Shown here in pieces: positions 28,534 through 46,074 of a stretch of 64,000 nucleotides of DNA. Within the stretch, counting starts at the first letter, position 1. Every line of letters starts with the position of its first letter. The notes under the pieces were generated by a model. It was not told the DNA's origin and ran no database searches. It worked only from the letters and a program-made list of their open reading frames with translations. A program made the translations under genes and the position numbers. This DNA comes from the human T2T-CHM13v2.0 reference genome, Homo sapiens, in NCBI RefSeq assembly GCF_009914755.1, contig NC_060936.1. One strand, given 5' to 3'.

Positions 28534-28628
28534 TTGGAACAAGAATCCTCTCCTTTCTAATTTTCCTACCACCAAGAATGGCTGAGCAAGTGTTTAACCC
28601 TGCCTCAATGACTCCTTTATGTACTCAA
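28534..28628 (+). repeat. Copy 1 of a 95-bp dispersed direct repeat
   Basis: 9 mismatches versus 29249-29343. Confidence 0.95.
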
Positions 28629-28947
28629 ATGCCATCATTCTGATGGCTTAACTTTTTCTTCCACAAAAAGAAACAAAGCCCAATTCTTTAACTTTCATCA
28701 CTATCATATTTAATGATCATGCATTCACAGAGTATTGTGTTATAAGTGAATGCCTGGTCATTTTGCCAGATGGTATCATTTAAGAAAAGAAGTATTTTGA
28801 TTTTTCTAAGATCAGTTTGCATGAACAACTTGACATGTTCACAAATTAAAAAGAATGATTTCTTAATTTCCTCAAAATCGTTCAATAAAACAGATTCATT
28901 AAATAGTTCATAAGAAGAAAGTTTATTTCCTTAAAAACAACCTTTTA

Positions 28948-29105
28948 GGCCAGACACGGTGGCTCATGCCTGTAATCCCAGAACTTTTTAGGCTGATGGG
29001 GGAGGATAGCTTGAGCCCAGGAGTTCAAGGCTACAGTGAGCTATGATGGTACCACTGCACTCCAGCCTAGGGGACAGAGCAAGATCCTGTCTTTTAAAAC
29101 AAACA
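28948..29105 (+). mobile_element. Alu monomer (FRAM-like, or arm-recombined AluJ)
   Basis: Single arm with the right-arm gcagtgagctatgat...cactgcactccagcc insert. Confidence 0.8.
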
Positions 29106-29248
29106 GACAAAATGATTCCTAATGATATTAGTGTTTTAAATTCTATTTAACTTTTAATATCTATTTAAATTTTAATGTCCCCAATCCTAGACCTTTCATC
29201 AGGCCCTTTCACAAAGCAGTCTTTCTCCTGAGGCCCCAGCCAGCTCTT

Positions 29249-29343
29249 TTGGAACAAGAATTCTGTCCTTTCTAATTTTTCTACCACCAAGAGTTCTTGA
29301 GCAAGTGCTTAACCCTGCCTCAGTGACTCCTTTATGTACTCAA
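29249..29343 (+). repeat. Copy 2 of the 95-bp dispersed direct repeat
   Basis: See copy 1. Confidence 0.95.
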
Positions 29344-29581
29344 TAGCACTACATTGATCTGTTGATCATTTATCACTCCCGGGTTGGTGCCTGGCTTCCA
29401 TTTCCCTGGTCCTAAACATTTACATCTGAAGAAGAAAAATCAGTTATAGAACTAATATTCTCTGTATGCAAGAAAACTTTTTTACATTGTTATACCAAGC
29501 AGTTTAGTCCCTTGTTGTTCCAGTTTCTTCACTCCAAAATAACATTTGCATCAACATTTGCTTATCAAACGATCTGTTTTT

Positions 29582-29877
<296 letters not shown>

Positions 29878-30881
29878 TTGTTTTTGAGCATGTCTGTGCC
29901 TGTGTATGTCTCCCCTATCCTGAAGATTTCTAGTTCCCCTTAAGTTATGCAGAGAAAGCTTAGAAAGGGCAGCTGCAGTTGCAGGGCATCAGATGAGTTT
30001 CTTAGTACTCAATCTAGAATACTTGAGTATTCTTTCTATTCATTCTCTTATTCCCAGTATGCACTCATCTGCATTTTCTAGGCACTCAGTGGGAGGGGTG
30101 ATGGACAATCTTGATGGGGAGTGGGGACCAGAAGATGATCACCCTTCTTCTCCTGGCAGACACCGTGGCTGAAGACATTCTCCCATTAGATTATATTAAC
30201 TGTTAGTCAATTAACTTAGACTTTATTTATTTTTAAATATTTATTTATTTATTTGCATTTTCACATAGACTCTTAAAACCATAATGAGTAATAGCAGAAA
30301 GTTGTATTTCTGGGCTCTTTGATCTGCAGCTTGAGAGTGTTAGAAATAACCTAAAGTGTTCAGATTAGAGAAGGATGGAGACTTATTTGCTCATTTAACT
30401 TAGGAAAATGATTTAGGCTTGGAGCAAGAACTTCCTTTTCTATGAATTTCTGGATGTGGCATATCTTTATATTTTTAGAGAAGGGAGCAAACTCAGTCCT
30501 GAGTCTGATGACATCCTTATTTTCTGTTTCCTCCATGTTGTGATCCTGTGCTCCCAAATCCCCCAAATCTTTCTGTAGCTTTTGCTTAGATCACATGAAT
30601 AAATGTAGTTTAAAAGTGTAGTGTATATTCTCTAAGAATTGTCAAGCACTTAGTATCATTACTGTTTATTTGTATGTTTTGGTTATAATAATTCTGTTCA
30701 TTTTAACCAAATATTTATACCAGCATGCTAAACATACATTGTATTTTGCCGTCAATAATTTTCTACCCAACTATTATTTTCTCTATAAAATACTTTTTAA
30801 ACTCCTACTTTATTTTATCTATTTTATTTCTATTAACACATTCATACTTGTGCAATACATTTTAGATGAGTTCAATTGTTA

Positions 30882-31310
<429 letters not shown>

Positions 31311-31400
31311 TCATCTCACTAGGGAGTGCCAGACAGTGGGCGCAGGTCAGTGGGTGCACGCACCATGCACGAGCCAAAGCAGGGCGAGCCATTGCCTCAC

Positions 31401-31655
31401 TCAGGAAGTGCAAGGGGTCAGGGAGTTCCCTTTCCTAGTCAAAGAAAGTGGTGACAGACAGCACCTGGAAAATCGGGTCACTCCCACTGGAATACTGCAC
31501 TTTTCCGACAGGCTTAAAAAACGGCGCACCAGGAGATTATATCCCGCACCTGGCTCGGAGGGTCCTACCCCCACGGAGTCTCGCTGATTGCTAGCACAGC
31601 AGTCTGAGATCAAACTGCAAGGCGGCAACGAGGCTGGGGGAGGGGCACCTGCCAT
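31401..31655 (-). CDS. L1 ORF0 (antisense), open, 84 aa
   Basis: MAGAPPPASLPPCSLISDCCASNQRDSVGVGPSEPG... matches the ORF0 N-terminus; expression unknown. Confidence 0.55.
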   Translation of the reverse strand: MAGAPPPASLPPCSLISDCCASNQRDSVGVGPSEPGAGYNLLVRRFLSLSEKCSIPVGVTRFSRCCLSPLSLTRKGNSLTPCTS

Positions 31656-32110
31656 TGCCCAGGCTTGCTTAGGTAAACAAAGCAGCTGGGAAGCTTGAAC
31701 TGGGTGGAGGCCACCACAGCTCAAGGAGGCCTGCCTGCCTCTGTAGGCTCCACCTGTGGGGGCAGGGCACAGACAAACAAAAAGACAGCAGTAACCTCTG
31801 CAGACTTAAATGTCCCTGTCTGACAGCTTTGAAGAGAGCAGTGGTTCTCCCAGCACGCAGCTGGAGATCTGAGAACGGGCAGACTGCCCCCTCAAGTGGG
31901 TCCCTGACCCCTGACCCCTGAGCAGCCTAACTGGGAGGCACCCCCCGGCAGGAGCAGACTGACACCTCACACAGCCGGGTACTCCAACAGACCTGCAGCT
32001 GAGGGTCCTGTCTGTTAGAAGGAAAACTAACAAACAGAAAGGACATCCACACCAAAAACCCATCTGTACATCACCATCATTAAAGACCAAAAGTAGATAA
32101 AACCACAAAG

Positions 32111-33127
32111 ATGGGGAAAAAACGGAGCAGAAAAACTGGAAACTCTAAAAAGCAGAGCGCCTCTCCTCCTCCAAAGGAACGCAGTTCCTCACCAGCAACA
32201 GAACAAAGCTGGACGGAGAATGACTTTGACGAGCTGAGAGAAGAAAGCTTCAGACGATCAAATTACTCTGAGCTACGGGAGGACATTCAAACCAAAGGCA
32301 AAGAAGTTGAAAACTTCGAAAAAAATTTAGAAGAATGTATAACTAGAATAATCAATACAGAGAAGTGCTTAAAGGAGCTGATGGAGCTGAAAACCAAGGC
32401 TCGAGAACTACATGAAGAATGCAGAAGCCTCTGGAGCTGATGCGATCAACTGGAAGAAAGAGTATCAGTGAAGGAAGATGAAATGAATGAAATGAAGCGA
32501 GAAGGAAAGTTTAGAGAAAAAAGAATAAAAAGAAATGAGCAAAGCCTCCAAGAAATATGGGACTATGTGAAAAGACCAAATCTACGTCTGATTGGTGTAC
32601 CCGAAAGTGACGGGGAGAATGGAACCAAGTTGGAAAACACTCCGCAGGATATTATCCAGGAGAACTTCCCCAATCTAGCAAGGCAGGCCAACATTCAGAT
32701 TCAGGAAATACAGAGAACGCCACAAAGATACTTCTCGAGAAGAGCAACTCCAAGACACATAATTGTCAGATTCACCAAAGTTGAAATGAAGGAAAAAATG
32801 TTAAGGGCAGCCAGAGAGAAAGGTCGGGTTACCCTCAAAGGGAAGCCCATCAGACTAACAGCAGATCTCTCGGCAGAAACTCTACAAGCCAGAAGAGAGT
32901 GGGGGCCAATATTCAACATTCTTAAAGAAAAGAATTTTCAACCCAGAATTTCATATCCAGCCAAACTAAGCTTCATAAGTGAAGGAGAAATAAAATCCTT
33001 TACAGACAAGCAAATGCTGAGAGATTTTGTCACCACCAGGCCTGCCCTAAAAGAGCTCCTGAAGGAAGCACTAAACATGGAAAGGAACAACCGATACTAG
33101 CCACTGCAAAATCATGCCAAAATGTAA
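32111..33127 (+). pseudogene. L1 ORF1p, disrupted
   Basis: MGKKRSRKTGNSK...; premature stops at 32438-32440 and 33098-33100. Confidence 0.95.
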
Positions 33128-33190
33128 AGACCATCAAGACTAGGAAGAAACTGCATCAACTAATGAGCAAAATAACCAGCTAACATCATA

Positions 33191-37011
<3,821 letters not shown>

Positions 37012-37244
37012 ACAATGAGAACACATGGACACAGGAAGGGGAACATCACACTCTGGGGACTGTTGTGGGGTGGGGGAAGGGGGCAGGGATAGCATTGGGA
37101 GATATACCTAATGCTAGATGACGAGTTAGTGGGTGCAGTGCACCAGCATGGCACATGTATACGTATGTAACTAACCTGCGCATTTTGCACATGTACCCTA
37201 AAACTTAAAGTATAGTAATAATAATTTATATATATATATATGGC

Positions 37245-37365
37245 AGAATGAAAGCTCCATGTGGGCAGGGATTTTTATCTGTTTTGTTAACTCCTATATC
37301 CTTGGCACTTTTAAGAGTGCCTGGTACATATTACACACTCAGTAAATATGTGTTTAATGAATGAA
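37245..37365 (+). mobile_element. L2 3' end (target of the Alu/L1 insertion)
   Basis: aagctccatgtgggcagggattttt...gtgcctggtacata...ctcagtaaatatg..aatgaatga. Confidence 0.75.
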
Positions 37366-37749
37366 AATAATGGAAATATGTCTTTTTTTTCACCTTGGTT
37401 AATATTATCCTTAAAGTACTGATGTTTTTATTGGTGCTTTTCCATGTGATTTTCAATTAATATATGTGTAGCCTTTAATGCATGTACCCCAAGAAAATTA
37501 GTCTAATTTATAGTTATATTCATTTTATCCAAAAATAAACTACACAGTTTAGGCATCTTCCTGTTGTATCTGTCTGCCATGTTTTTGCATGACTTTAAAA
37601 ATTGGAGTCCTCCAAGAAAGGCTTGTCATTATTGAGATTATTCATAAAAGCTATCCTAGGCTTTGAAACATTCCAAAGGAAAAGTTCAAAAAAATATTTT
37701 GAGCATCTGGAACTGTTTTGAGAAGTGGAATACTTTATAAGCCTCAAGG

Positions 37750-37937
37750 CAGTCATTCTTAACTTCATTAGGGCTACCAATCCTTTTGAGAATTTGATAT
37801 CTGTTGAACATATGGCCCTGCCAAATGCACATACCAACATGTAAACACACTACATTTATTTAAGGGATTTGTAGGCTTCTGGAAGCTCATTCATGGACTG
37901 TCTATGGGTCCTTGGACTCCAGGTAGGAAGCCTGGCT
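37750..37937. mobile_element. Decayed hAT-Charlie MITE (MER112/MER119-like)
   Basis: cagtcattcttaac...ccttttgagaatttgat...aaatgcacatac...catggact...caggtaggaagcctg. Confidence 0.5.
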
Positions 37938-39134
37938 TTAAAGGCATACCTATCAAGCTCTAAATCCTTGAATATAGCTGCTGCATCTGCTTCATTCTTC
38001 ACCACAGGAAAGTGCCTCATATTTAATAAACATTGCTTGAAACAATGTCTAGTAACAAATAAGTCATATTGTTTTATAATCATATTTTGAACTTCTTACT
38101 GTATATATATTCATATAGATTAATAAAGTTTGTATTAAGTATCTGTCCCATCATGTTATGGGATAAAAGATCCCATTTACCTGAAGGAAAGGGAACTAAC
38201 AGAGAGGGACTATTTTTGCCTGATAGAGGGCTGGGGCTATCTGAGTGACAACCCAGAGAAACTGGGGACAGAGAGAGGAGAAGCAGACCATGTCCAACTG
38301 GCATTGTATTTAAATCTAACATCCAGGTGTTCTCTGAGTTTATGAGTCGTTCCTGTTTTTGCCACTGTGTGACAGTTGCTTTTACAGTATGCATTATATT
38401 GTCTCTAGAAAATCAATACAAACTGGATTTATGCAAGGCACAGAATCACACAACATGCTTTAATAAAAGAATAAAGGAAAATTTTGGCATATTTTAATTA
38501 TTCATTTTGTTCACTTTCATCATGGCAGAATATAAGATATGTTTTATTTTTAAATTTATGTTTACAGAGAATAGAAGTATTACACGTGACCAAATATTAA
38601 CTATATCATGTCAAGTAGGACAAAAGTTCTCATGGGCTTTTCCATTTATATTGATGTATTTTAATTGACTTAGTTCTGTTAATGTTTTTGGGATACCAGG
38701 TATAAATGCCCAGATGTGAAAGATAGAAATGCTTTATCCTTTCCATATTTCCTCTGGTGCATCTGAGGGTAGACAAAGTATCACAGGAGAAGTCTTTGGC
38801 TAAATTCAATCAATTAAATGGAAACCGTGATCCTATAACCCCATGTATACCAATGCATGGGAGAGTCGGGGGACATGCAGCAGGTTCGGGAGGGGATGTG
38901 CTTGAAGGCTTGGTACTAGGAATATTCATCTATGGGGAAAACCTTGAGTTACTGAACTTTCTCTGATACTGCTTTGGTTTTGCTTCTCTTCCCTCTATTA
39001 CTGCTTTCTTCCTTTCTCAGACCTGCAGGTCTGCTAAGAAACTTAGCTCTAACGGACCCGCTCCTCAGTCTTCCCCTAGATTGTGATCACATTTTATTCT
39101 TCTTTATCCCTGCACTAAGTCTGATCTGGCAATT

Positions 39135-39260
39135 GAATGAACTAATTCATTTCACAAATATTCGTGGTGCCCCTTCTATGTGCCAAACACTGTGCCGGGA
39201 ATTCAGTGGAGAACAAGACAGACACAGGCCCTGCCAATGGAGCTTTCAGCCTCCAGTTAA
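39135..39260 (-). mobile_element. L2 3' end
   Basis: caaatattcgtggtgcccttctatgtgccaaacactgtg...gaacaagacagacacaggccctgcc. Confidence 0.7.
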
Positions 39261-40395
39261 ATGCATGATAGAGAGGATGGGAGAGAAAGACAGTGGGGAA
39301 CAATGGGTTACTTTTACTGTCCCTGACTGATACGTCTGCATATAAAAGAACAGTCAGATTGGTGAGATTTCATGGTAGCCGTGCCTGCTCTTTATTCTCC
39401 TGTCTTTCTTTCATTCATGAAATAAATCAAATTTTGGATTGAGGAGCTGACCAAAAAGCATTTGGGTATGTGGAAACTTTGAGATCAAAGGGAGAGGAAG
39501 CTGAAACCTTCAGAGGGTAGAGATTGATGGTATTTGATTTTGTTCATAGTGTAGTATTTATTAATAGTTCTGTAATATTTGGTGGTATAAGTTCTGGTAC
39601 CCCCTCCTTCAGCAAATTTATATTAAAACTCACTGTACATCTGCATATCAGAAAGCCTAGTATCTTCTTGGGATTTTCTTCTCATCTTGATTTACCCAAG
39701 AACCCCTGAAGCTTATACTGTGAGAGGAAAATCTGGCTGCTTTCTTTCCTCATGGGAAAGCACTGATGTTTAAACAGTGTTACTGCGATTTCTTCTTTGC
39801 TTCCACATGGTGTCAGTATTGAGTGTTAGTTCTTTCCAGGCATACAGACATCCAGGTTCTCAAAGTCTAGGTCTTACCTGTACCCCTTGGAGGGAGGCTT
39901 GGCCACCCCTCAGTGACATTTACCAAAGGCGCTCCACACTTTAGACTTCTCCTTCAGTTAATATTCCCATGATGAGTCATTACCTCTTAGGATCCAAGCA
40001 TTGTGCCAGGTGGCTGGAAACAGAGGGGCAGACCGAAGTTAACCCTCCTCTGTGGATCTTGGGCTTCCTGTCTTGAGTCTGGTTCATCAGTCATAGTTCT
40101 TCTTGCCTCAAGGTTATTTTGTTTCTAGAGCTTCATTACCCTTTCTTACCACCTGACCTTGTCCAGTCCACACCCATAACTTTCCTTAATTTCAAATATC
40201 AGTGCTTCTTATACAAACTGATCTTCATCCCCTTCAGTGACCAACTTTGCATAGCTAAGTACTCTTGCTTGGTCACAGAAGGGTTTATTGCACTTAGTCC
40301 CAGGCCAGTGACTATCTGCTGGCTCTAGAATTGTCTAATTTAAAGGCCTGCTCAGGCGAGACCTAGGAGAATAGAGAAGGCTTGTTTCTATTATT

Positions 40396-40484
40396 AAAAA
40401 GAAAGAGGAAGAAAAAGAAAGGAGGGGAAGAAGGAAAGAAGGAGTGAAGAAAGAAAAAGAAAGAAAGAAAGAGGAAAAAAAAAT
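40396..40484. repeat. Polypurine (GA-rich) low-complexity tract
   Basis: About 88 nt almost entirely A/G. Confidence 0.9.
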
Positions 40485-40999
40485 CCAGTGGTGTTTACTG
40501 AGTGTAGTGTTTTCAAACTAGAGGAGGCAAGGGTAAGGGAACACTTTTTTTATTTTTATTTTTAATATGGGAGGCTATGACCACATTTCACTGCCACTGT
40601 TGCAGGTATTACAGCTTCAGCACCCCCCTCAACCTCACCTCCCATCCCCACTCTAACAACTCTCTTGTCTGATCTAGCAAAAGGACTGCTGTGGCCATTA
40701 TGGTAAATAGTGGCAGGGAGAGGGTGATGGTTGGGCAAGAAAAAAGTGGGGGATAAATTCATAGTCACTACTAACTTATTCTTCTTTTTCCAGCCACATT
40801 TTGAGCCACCTTCAAATCCAACAGAAGAGGGGAGGCATGGAGGGAGAATGTTAGAAGGGGAAATGGAATGGAGAGAGGGGAGGGATTCCCTGTTCCATCT
40901 CTTTGTTCTTCATTGCCTAATATTTTTCAGTGACTTAATGCCAGCCATGGTAACCTCTTTATTTTCTTCAAAATGTTGTTTAAATTATTAAACTAAAAC

Positions 41000-41345
41000 A
41001 AGAACGTTGTGTAGAATTTAGAAAATGTAGCAAAGTTCAAAGAAGAAAAAATTCTCTAGTAATCTGTCATCTAGAGAACACCACCATTAACATTTTGGCA
41101 GTTTTCTTATGGATATATGTTTATAAAACATGAATTTATTCTGTGTATTCAATATTTATAATGATTCTACCCCATCTAGATTATTAAATATCATGTATAA
41201 GCACATCTTAATGGTTGCATGATTTTATTACTTTATTGTACCACCATATTTAGTTGAACATTTAGGATGTTCACAGGATGCTGCCTTTATTTTACTACTT
41301 ATATCACTCTGATGTGAACGTCTTAGTCCATAGATCTTTGAACAT
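41000..41345 (-). mobile_element. Old L1ME 3' fragments
   Basis: ctagagaacaccaccattaacattttggc, gaacatttaggatgtt. Confidence 0.5.
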
Positions 41346-41815
41346 TGTCAGAAGGAGAAACACAATGAAGAGTTGTTACATTACTGTTGCTGGAGTATGA
41401 AACTGATGAGTCCTGATGGTGTTCTCTCTTCAGTTACTGGGACTAAAAAATTAAATGGCATCTCAAAGTTTTCCTACTTCATCCTAGGAATTGAAAGGGC
41501 TAAACATAAGCCAGGTAGATATATCTGATTTCTTGTTGGCGTGAAGTAGATCTAGGCTTCTTTTCTGATGTTAACAATCTCACTGTTAGAGCCTAGACTC
41601 CCCTCTCTACTCCTCCCAGTGGTCCATCCTTCTCCCCTGCTACAGTCAGATCCATGTTAAGGTTGCAGCCTCCTAGAGCATAATCAGATTACCTGAAGCC
41701 ATTAGTTACCTTAACCATTTATTTACGGCCTCCCTATGCCCAGTTTTAGATGTGATGAGTTACATGCAGAGATCAAATCTGATTTATTGATATAGTGATA
41801 CAATAATAGTACTAT

Positions 41816-42068
41816 GGCTGGGCAGAGTGGCTCATGCCTATAATTCCAACACTTTGGAGGCCATGGTGGGAAGATTGCTTGAGGCCAGGAGTTTAAGACC
41901 AGCCTGGGCAAGATAGTGAGAGCCTCATCTCTACAAAAAAAAAAAAAAAAAAGGCGTGCTGTGGTGGCACGAGCCTGTAGTCCTAGCTATTCAAGAGGCC
42001 AAAGCAGGAGGATCGCTTGAGCTCAGTAGTTTGAGGCTGCAAGATCTTGTCTCTAAAAACAAAGAAAG
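41816..42068 (+). mobile_element. AluJ with right-arm deletion
   Basis: gattgctttgaggccaggagttt J diagnostic; gaggctgc joined directly to aagatcttgtctc. Confidence 0.88.
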
Positions 42069-42077
42069 AATGCTAAC

Positions 42078-42305
42078 TCACCTTGAGTGCATGCCCTGTG
42101 TCAGGGCACTTTAGTAAGTGGTTTATGTAATTCACAATGTAATCTTCACAGCAATCTTATGAAGTGGTTACTATTATTACCCTCATTTTACATATAACCA
42201 GAAGCAGGGAGAAGTTATGTAACTGTCACCCCAGTGGGCAGTGGCAAAACCAGGAATTAAGCCTCAGCCATCTGTCTCCCAAGCCCTCACCTTTACCCAT
42301 TATGC
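42078..42305 (-). mobile_element. MIR
   Basis: aatcttcacagcaatcttatgaagtggttactattattaccctcattttaca. Confidence 0.75.
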
Positions 42306-43821
42306 ATATCATAAACATAAACATTTTTAGCTTTTAGTAACATTTATTTTTAAAAGATCTTGGGCTGCAATAGTGGGGTTCATAATTCTTACCTGAATTT
42401 TCAAACCAATTCTTTTATATGTGTCTAATTTTAGGATTCTTTTAAAGATTTTTATCAAGCAAAAGGCAAACATTTTTATGAGGATTTATAAACTCATAGA
42501 AGGTGGGAGCTGGAGTGAGTGACCTTACAATCCCCTTGTCCTGTCACCCTCTTGCACAGACTTGGGTTATACTTTTTTAGACATTGGCCAGTTGAGGTTG
42601 ATTTAGGTTTCTATAGAAGGACTTGATCTCTATTCCAGTCACTTGGTCTATGGCATTGAGTCATCTTTACTAGTTTGTTAGACTGATTTCCTAGGGCTAT
42701 TATCTGGTAGATAGGGAAATCCTTCAGTTTCTATTTCTGCTCCACGAGAACACTCTTATCATCAAGGACATAGCCTGAGATGGAACATAACTGTCAGACA
42801 CACACATTATTTGACAAAAATATAGCCTACAGGGTGCTGCAGACTGCCTGCAGAGTGCTGTGATTATAACTGTTACAAGGGGGACGTCATTCTGTCATTG
42901 CCTGGAACAGTTCTTTTTTTCTTTTCTTAATATAATTACTGACAGTACACTTTTTGTATATGCAGGCTCCATCTGGTCTAGTCTGATTAAAGTTGATGGC
43001 TATTTTTATGTCATCAGCAATCATAATTTTTTGTTTCATTTTTAGAACATCTCTTGCAGGGGTTTTGAATACTTTTTTTGACTTGTCTTTTTTAACTTGT
43101 CACCCAGTTCTTGCCAAGGTTAACAGCAAAGTTTACAAAGGTTAACAACCAGTCTCACCTGAGAATCACCGCCTAAGCAAAAGGTTATTTCACCATGCTA
43201 ATTCTTTTGGATAGCTTTGTCTAGCTGCTTAGTTAATTAACCAATTAGAAGCTACTTCTGATATTATTTTTCAAGATACATGCTTGCTTGTCTGTAGGCC
43301 TTTTCTTTGAATTTATTTTCCTTTTTTAAAAAACATTAATTTGATGCTTCCTTCGTACAGACGCTTCCAGTGGGTCTTGTTAGCCCTTAGCTCTATGCCT
43401 GCCTCTTGAACACTGGGAATTATCCTGCATGCTACTGAGTTCCACAGCTGTCTGCCTTACCAACACTCAAAAGCATTTTAATATTCTCACCATGCCTCTG
43501 AAAATACTTTCTTCAGTCTCAATTGACCATCACATACCAAATCCACTTTTCTGTCTTAATTCTCTAATCTCTGTACAATTTGATACTGTAACTGCACTTG
43601 AAGTTTTCTCATTTGATTTCCATAATGAAAATTATCTACTATATACTCTGCTTTTTTGGTCTCCTTTATCGGCTCTTCTTTAATTTCCAGTTTCCTGCAA
43701 GTATTAAGTGAGCCACATAAGAGAGCTGCTTCCCTAGTTCAAAAACTTCGGTGTTGTATCTCCAGCCCTGCATTCTTTCTTCTCCTTTTCTCCTCATTGC
43801 ATGCATCCACTCTCTTTTTAA

Positions 43822-44570
43822 AAATTTTATTTTATTATGGTAATAACACTGGACATGAAGTATACCCTCTTTAACAAATTTGTAAGTGTACAATACGTTA
43901 TTGTTGACTCTAGGTATAGCGTTGTACAGCAGATGTCTAGGGCTGATTCATAGTTGTTTAACTGGAACTTTATGCCCGTTGATTAGTATTTCTCTATTTC
44001 CCCGTCCAGAACCAGACAACCACCATTGTACTCTCTGTTCTGTGCATTTGACTGTTGTAGATACTTCATATAAGTGGAATCATGCTGTCTTTGTCCTGTG
44101 ACTGGCTTGTTTCACCTGGCATAATGTCCTGAAGGTTCATCCATGCTGTCTCATATGGCAGGACTTCCTTCTTTATTAAGGCTGAATACTATATCATTGT
44201 GTGTATATATTCCACATTTTCTTTATCAATTTATCGTATCAATTTCTCTGTCTATGGACATTTAGCTTGTTTATATAGCTTGGCTGTTGAAACTGCAGTG
44301 AACATGGGGATGCAGATATCACTTTGAGATCCTGATTTCAGTTCTTTTGGATAAATATCCAGAAATTCAATAGCTAGGTCATATGGTATCTATTTTTAAT
44401 TTTTTGAGAAACCTCCACACTGACACAGTGGCAGCACCATTTTTTATTCTCATCAGTAGTGTGTAAGGATTCCAGTTTCTCCACATCCTTTCCAACACTT
44501 TTTGTTGTTGTTGTTAATTGCCATTCTGACAAGTGTGAGGTGATATCTCATTGTGGTTTTGATTTTCATG
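43822..44570 (-). mobile_element. L1MA9/10-like 3' fragment
   Basis: ccctctttaacaaattt..gtgtacaatac..gttgtacagcagat; gcagatatcactttgagatcctgatttc. Confidence 0.8.
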
Positions 44571-44942
44571 TTCTTTCTTTTGGTGACTTTATTCTCAAGA
44601 ATTGACTGATCAGCTCTAAATTGATGCAATTCGTATTTATATCTCTAGGTCCAGCATCACTCATGATATTTTCATCTCTCTTTAGGACCTCTTCATTCTG
44701 TTACTTTAATGGAAATCCAGATTCAATCTTCTCCCTGTGGCACAACCCATGTCAATAGTTAATCTCTGCAACCTCTCCTTTTTTACTGGCTTTACCATTT
44801 CCCCAGTTTCCTGAGTTTGAAACACTGAAGTTGCTCTCTGACCTCTCTCTCCTTACACTCAACAGGATAACAGCTACCAAATTTTATAGATTTTATCTCT
44901 AAAACGTCTTTGCACTCCTCTCTTTAAAAATTACTTTTTGTT

Positions 44943-45222
<280 letters not shown>

Positions 45223-45247
45223 TCATACCAGTTCAAACCTAGAGGGC

Positions 45248-45415
45248 CTTTTTTTTTTTTTTTTTTTTGACAGGATCTCACTATTTTGCCCAGGCTGGAG
45301 TGGAGTGGCATGATCACAACTCACTGCAGCCTCAAACTCCTGGGGCTCAAGGAGTGATCCCTCTGCCTCAGCCTCCTGAGTAGCTGGCACCATAGGTGCA
45401 CCACCACACCTGGCT
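45248..45415 (-). mobile_element. AluJ right arm / FRAM
   Basis: cactgcagcctcaaactcctggggctcaag. Confidence 0.85.
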
Positions 45416-46074
45416 CTAAATTGCTTTTTACTGTACTATTTCAGTAGCATTTTAAAATCCATCCTTTAAAATGTGGATTACTTCCTGTAAAGGATAATTC
45501 AGAGAGTATCTCTTCTCTGCTTGACAATCTAGTTATTTGTTATGCTCAAAATTAAGTATAATATCTTAGCCAGATATTTGAAGTCTGTCACCCTCCTGTG
45601 GTTCCCTCCCTGTATCTTACACTTCAGTCACACTCCTGCTTTTTGTTAGTCCTTGATCTGCATTGTGCTTTCCACTTCTACGCTTTTACTTATCATTTAT
45701 ATCTGGAGTAGCTTGTTCCCGTTCTTATAAACTTGTCTACCCTTCTGTGTTTCCTAATGTGGCCCTATTGATGCTCTTAAAATAATGTGATCTTTTCTTA
45801 TCTGAGCCCATGGCATTTTCTCATTTTTCTTTGGTACTTTTCTTACTAAGCTTTGCATTATTTGTTGGTTTGTCTCTATCTGTCTTATCTATCTACCCAC
45901 CCGTCTCTAGCCTAGAAGCTTCAAAAATGTAGAAAAATATTTTTCTTTCTGATTATTTTTCCCCAGAACATGCATATACTCAAACAGAGAGTCAATTAAT
46001 ATTTGGTGGATGAAGGAAAGTGTTTTGCTTGTTTTCCAGTGTTCAGTTTCCTTTACATTTTTTTAGTTAGTATC

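Noticed and set aside
38974-39330. 118-aa ORF with a signal-peptide-like hydrophobic start
   Set aside because: TTG start in a pyrimidine-rich tract; the second half lies in an L2 fragment
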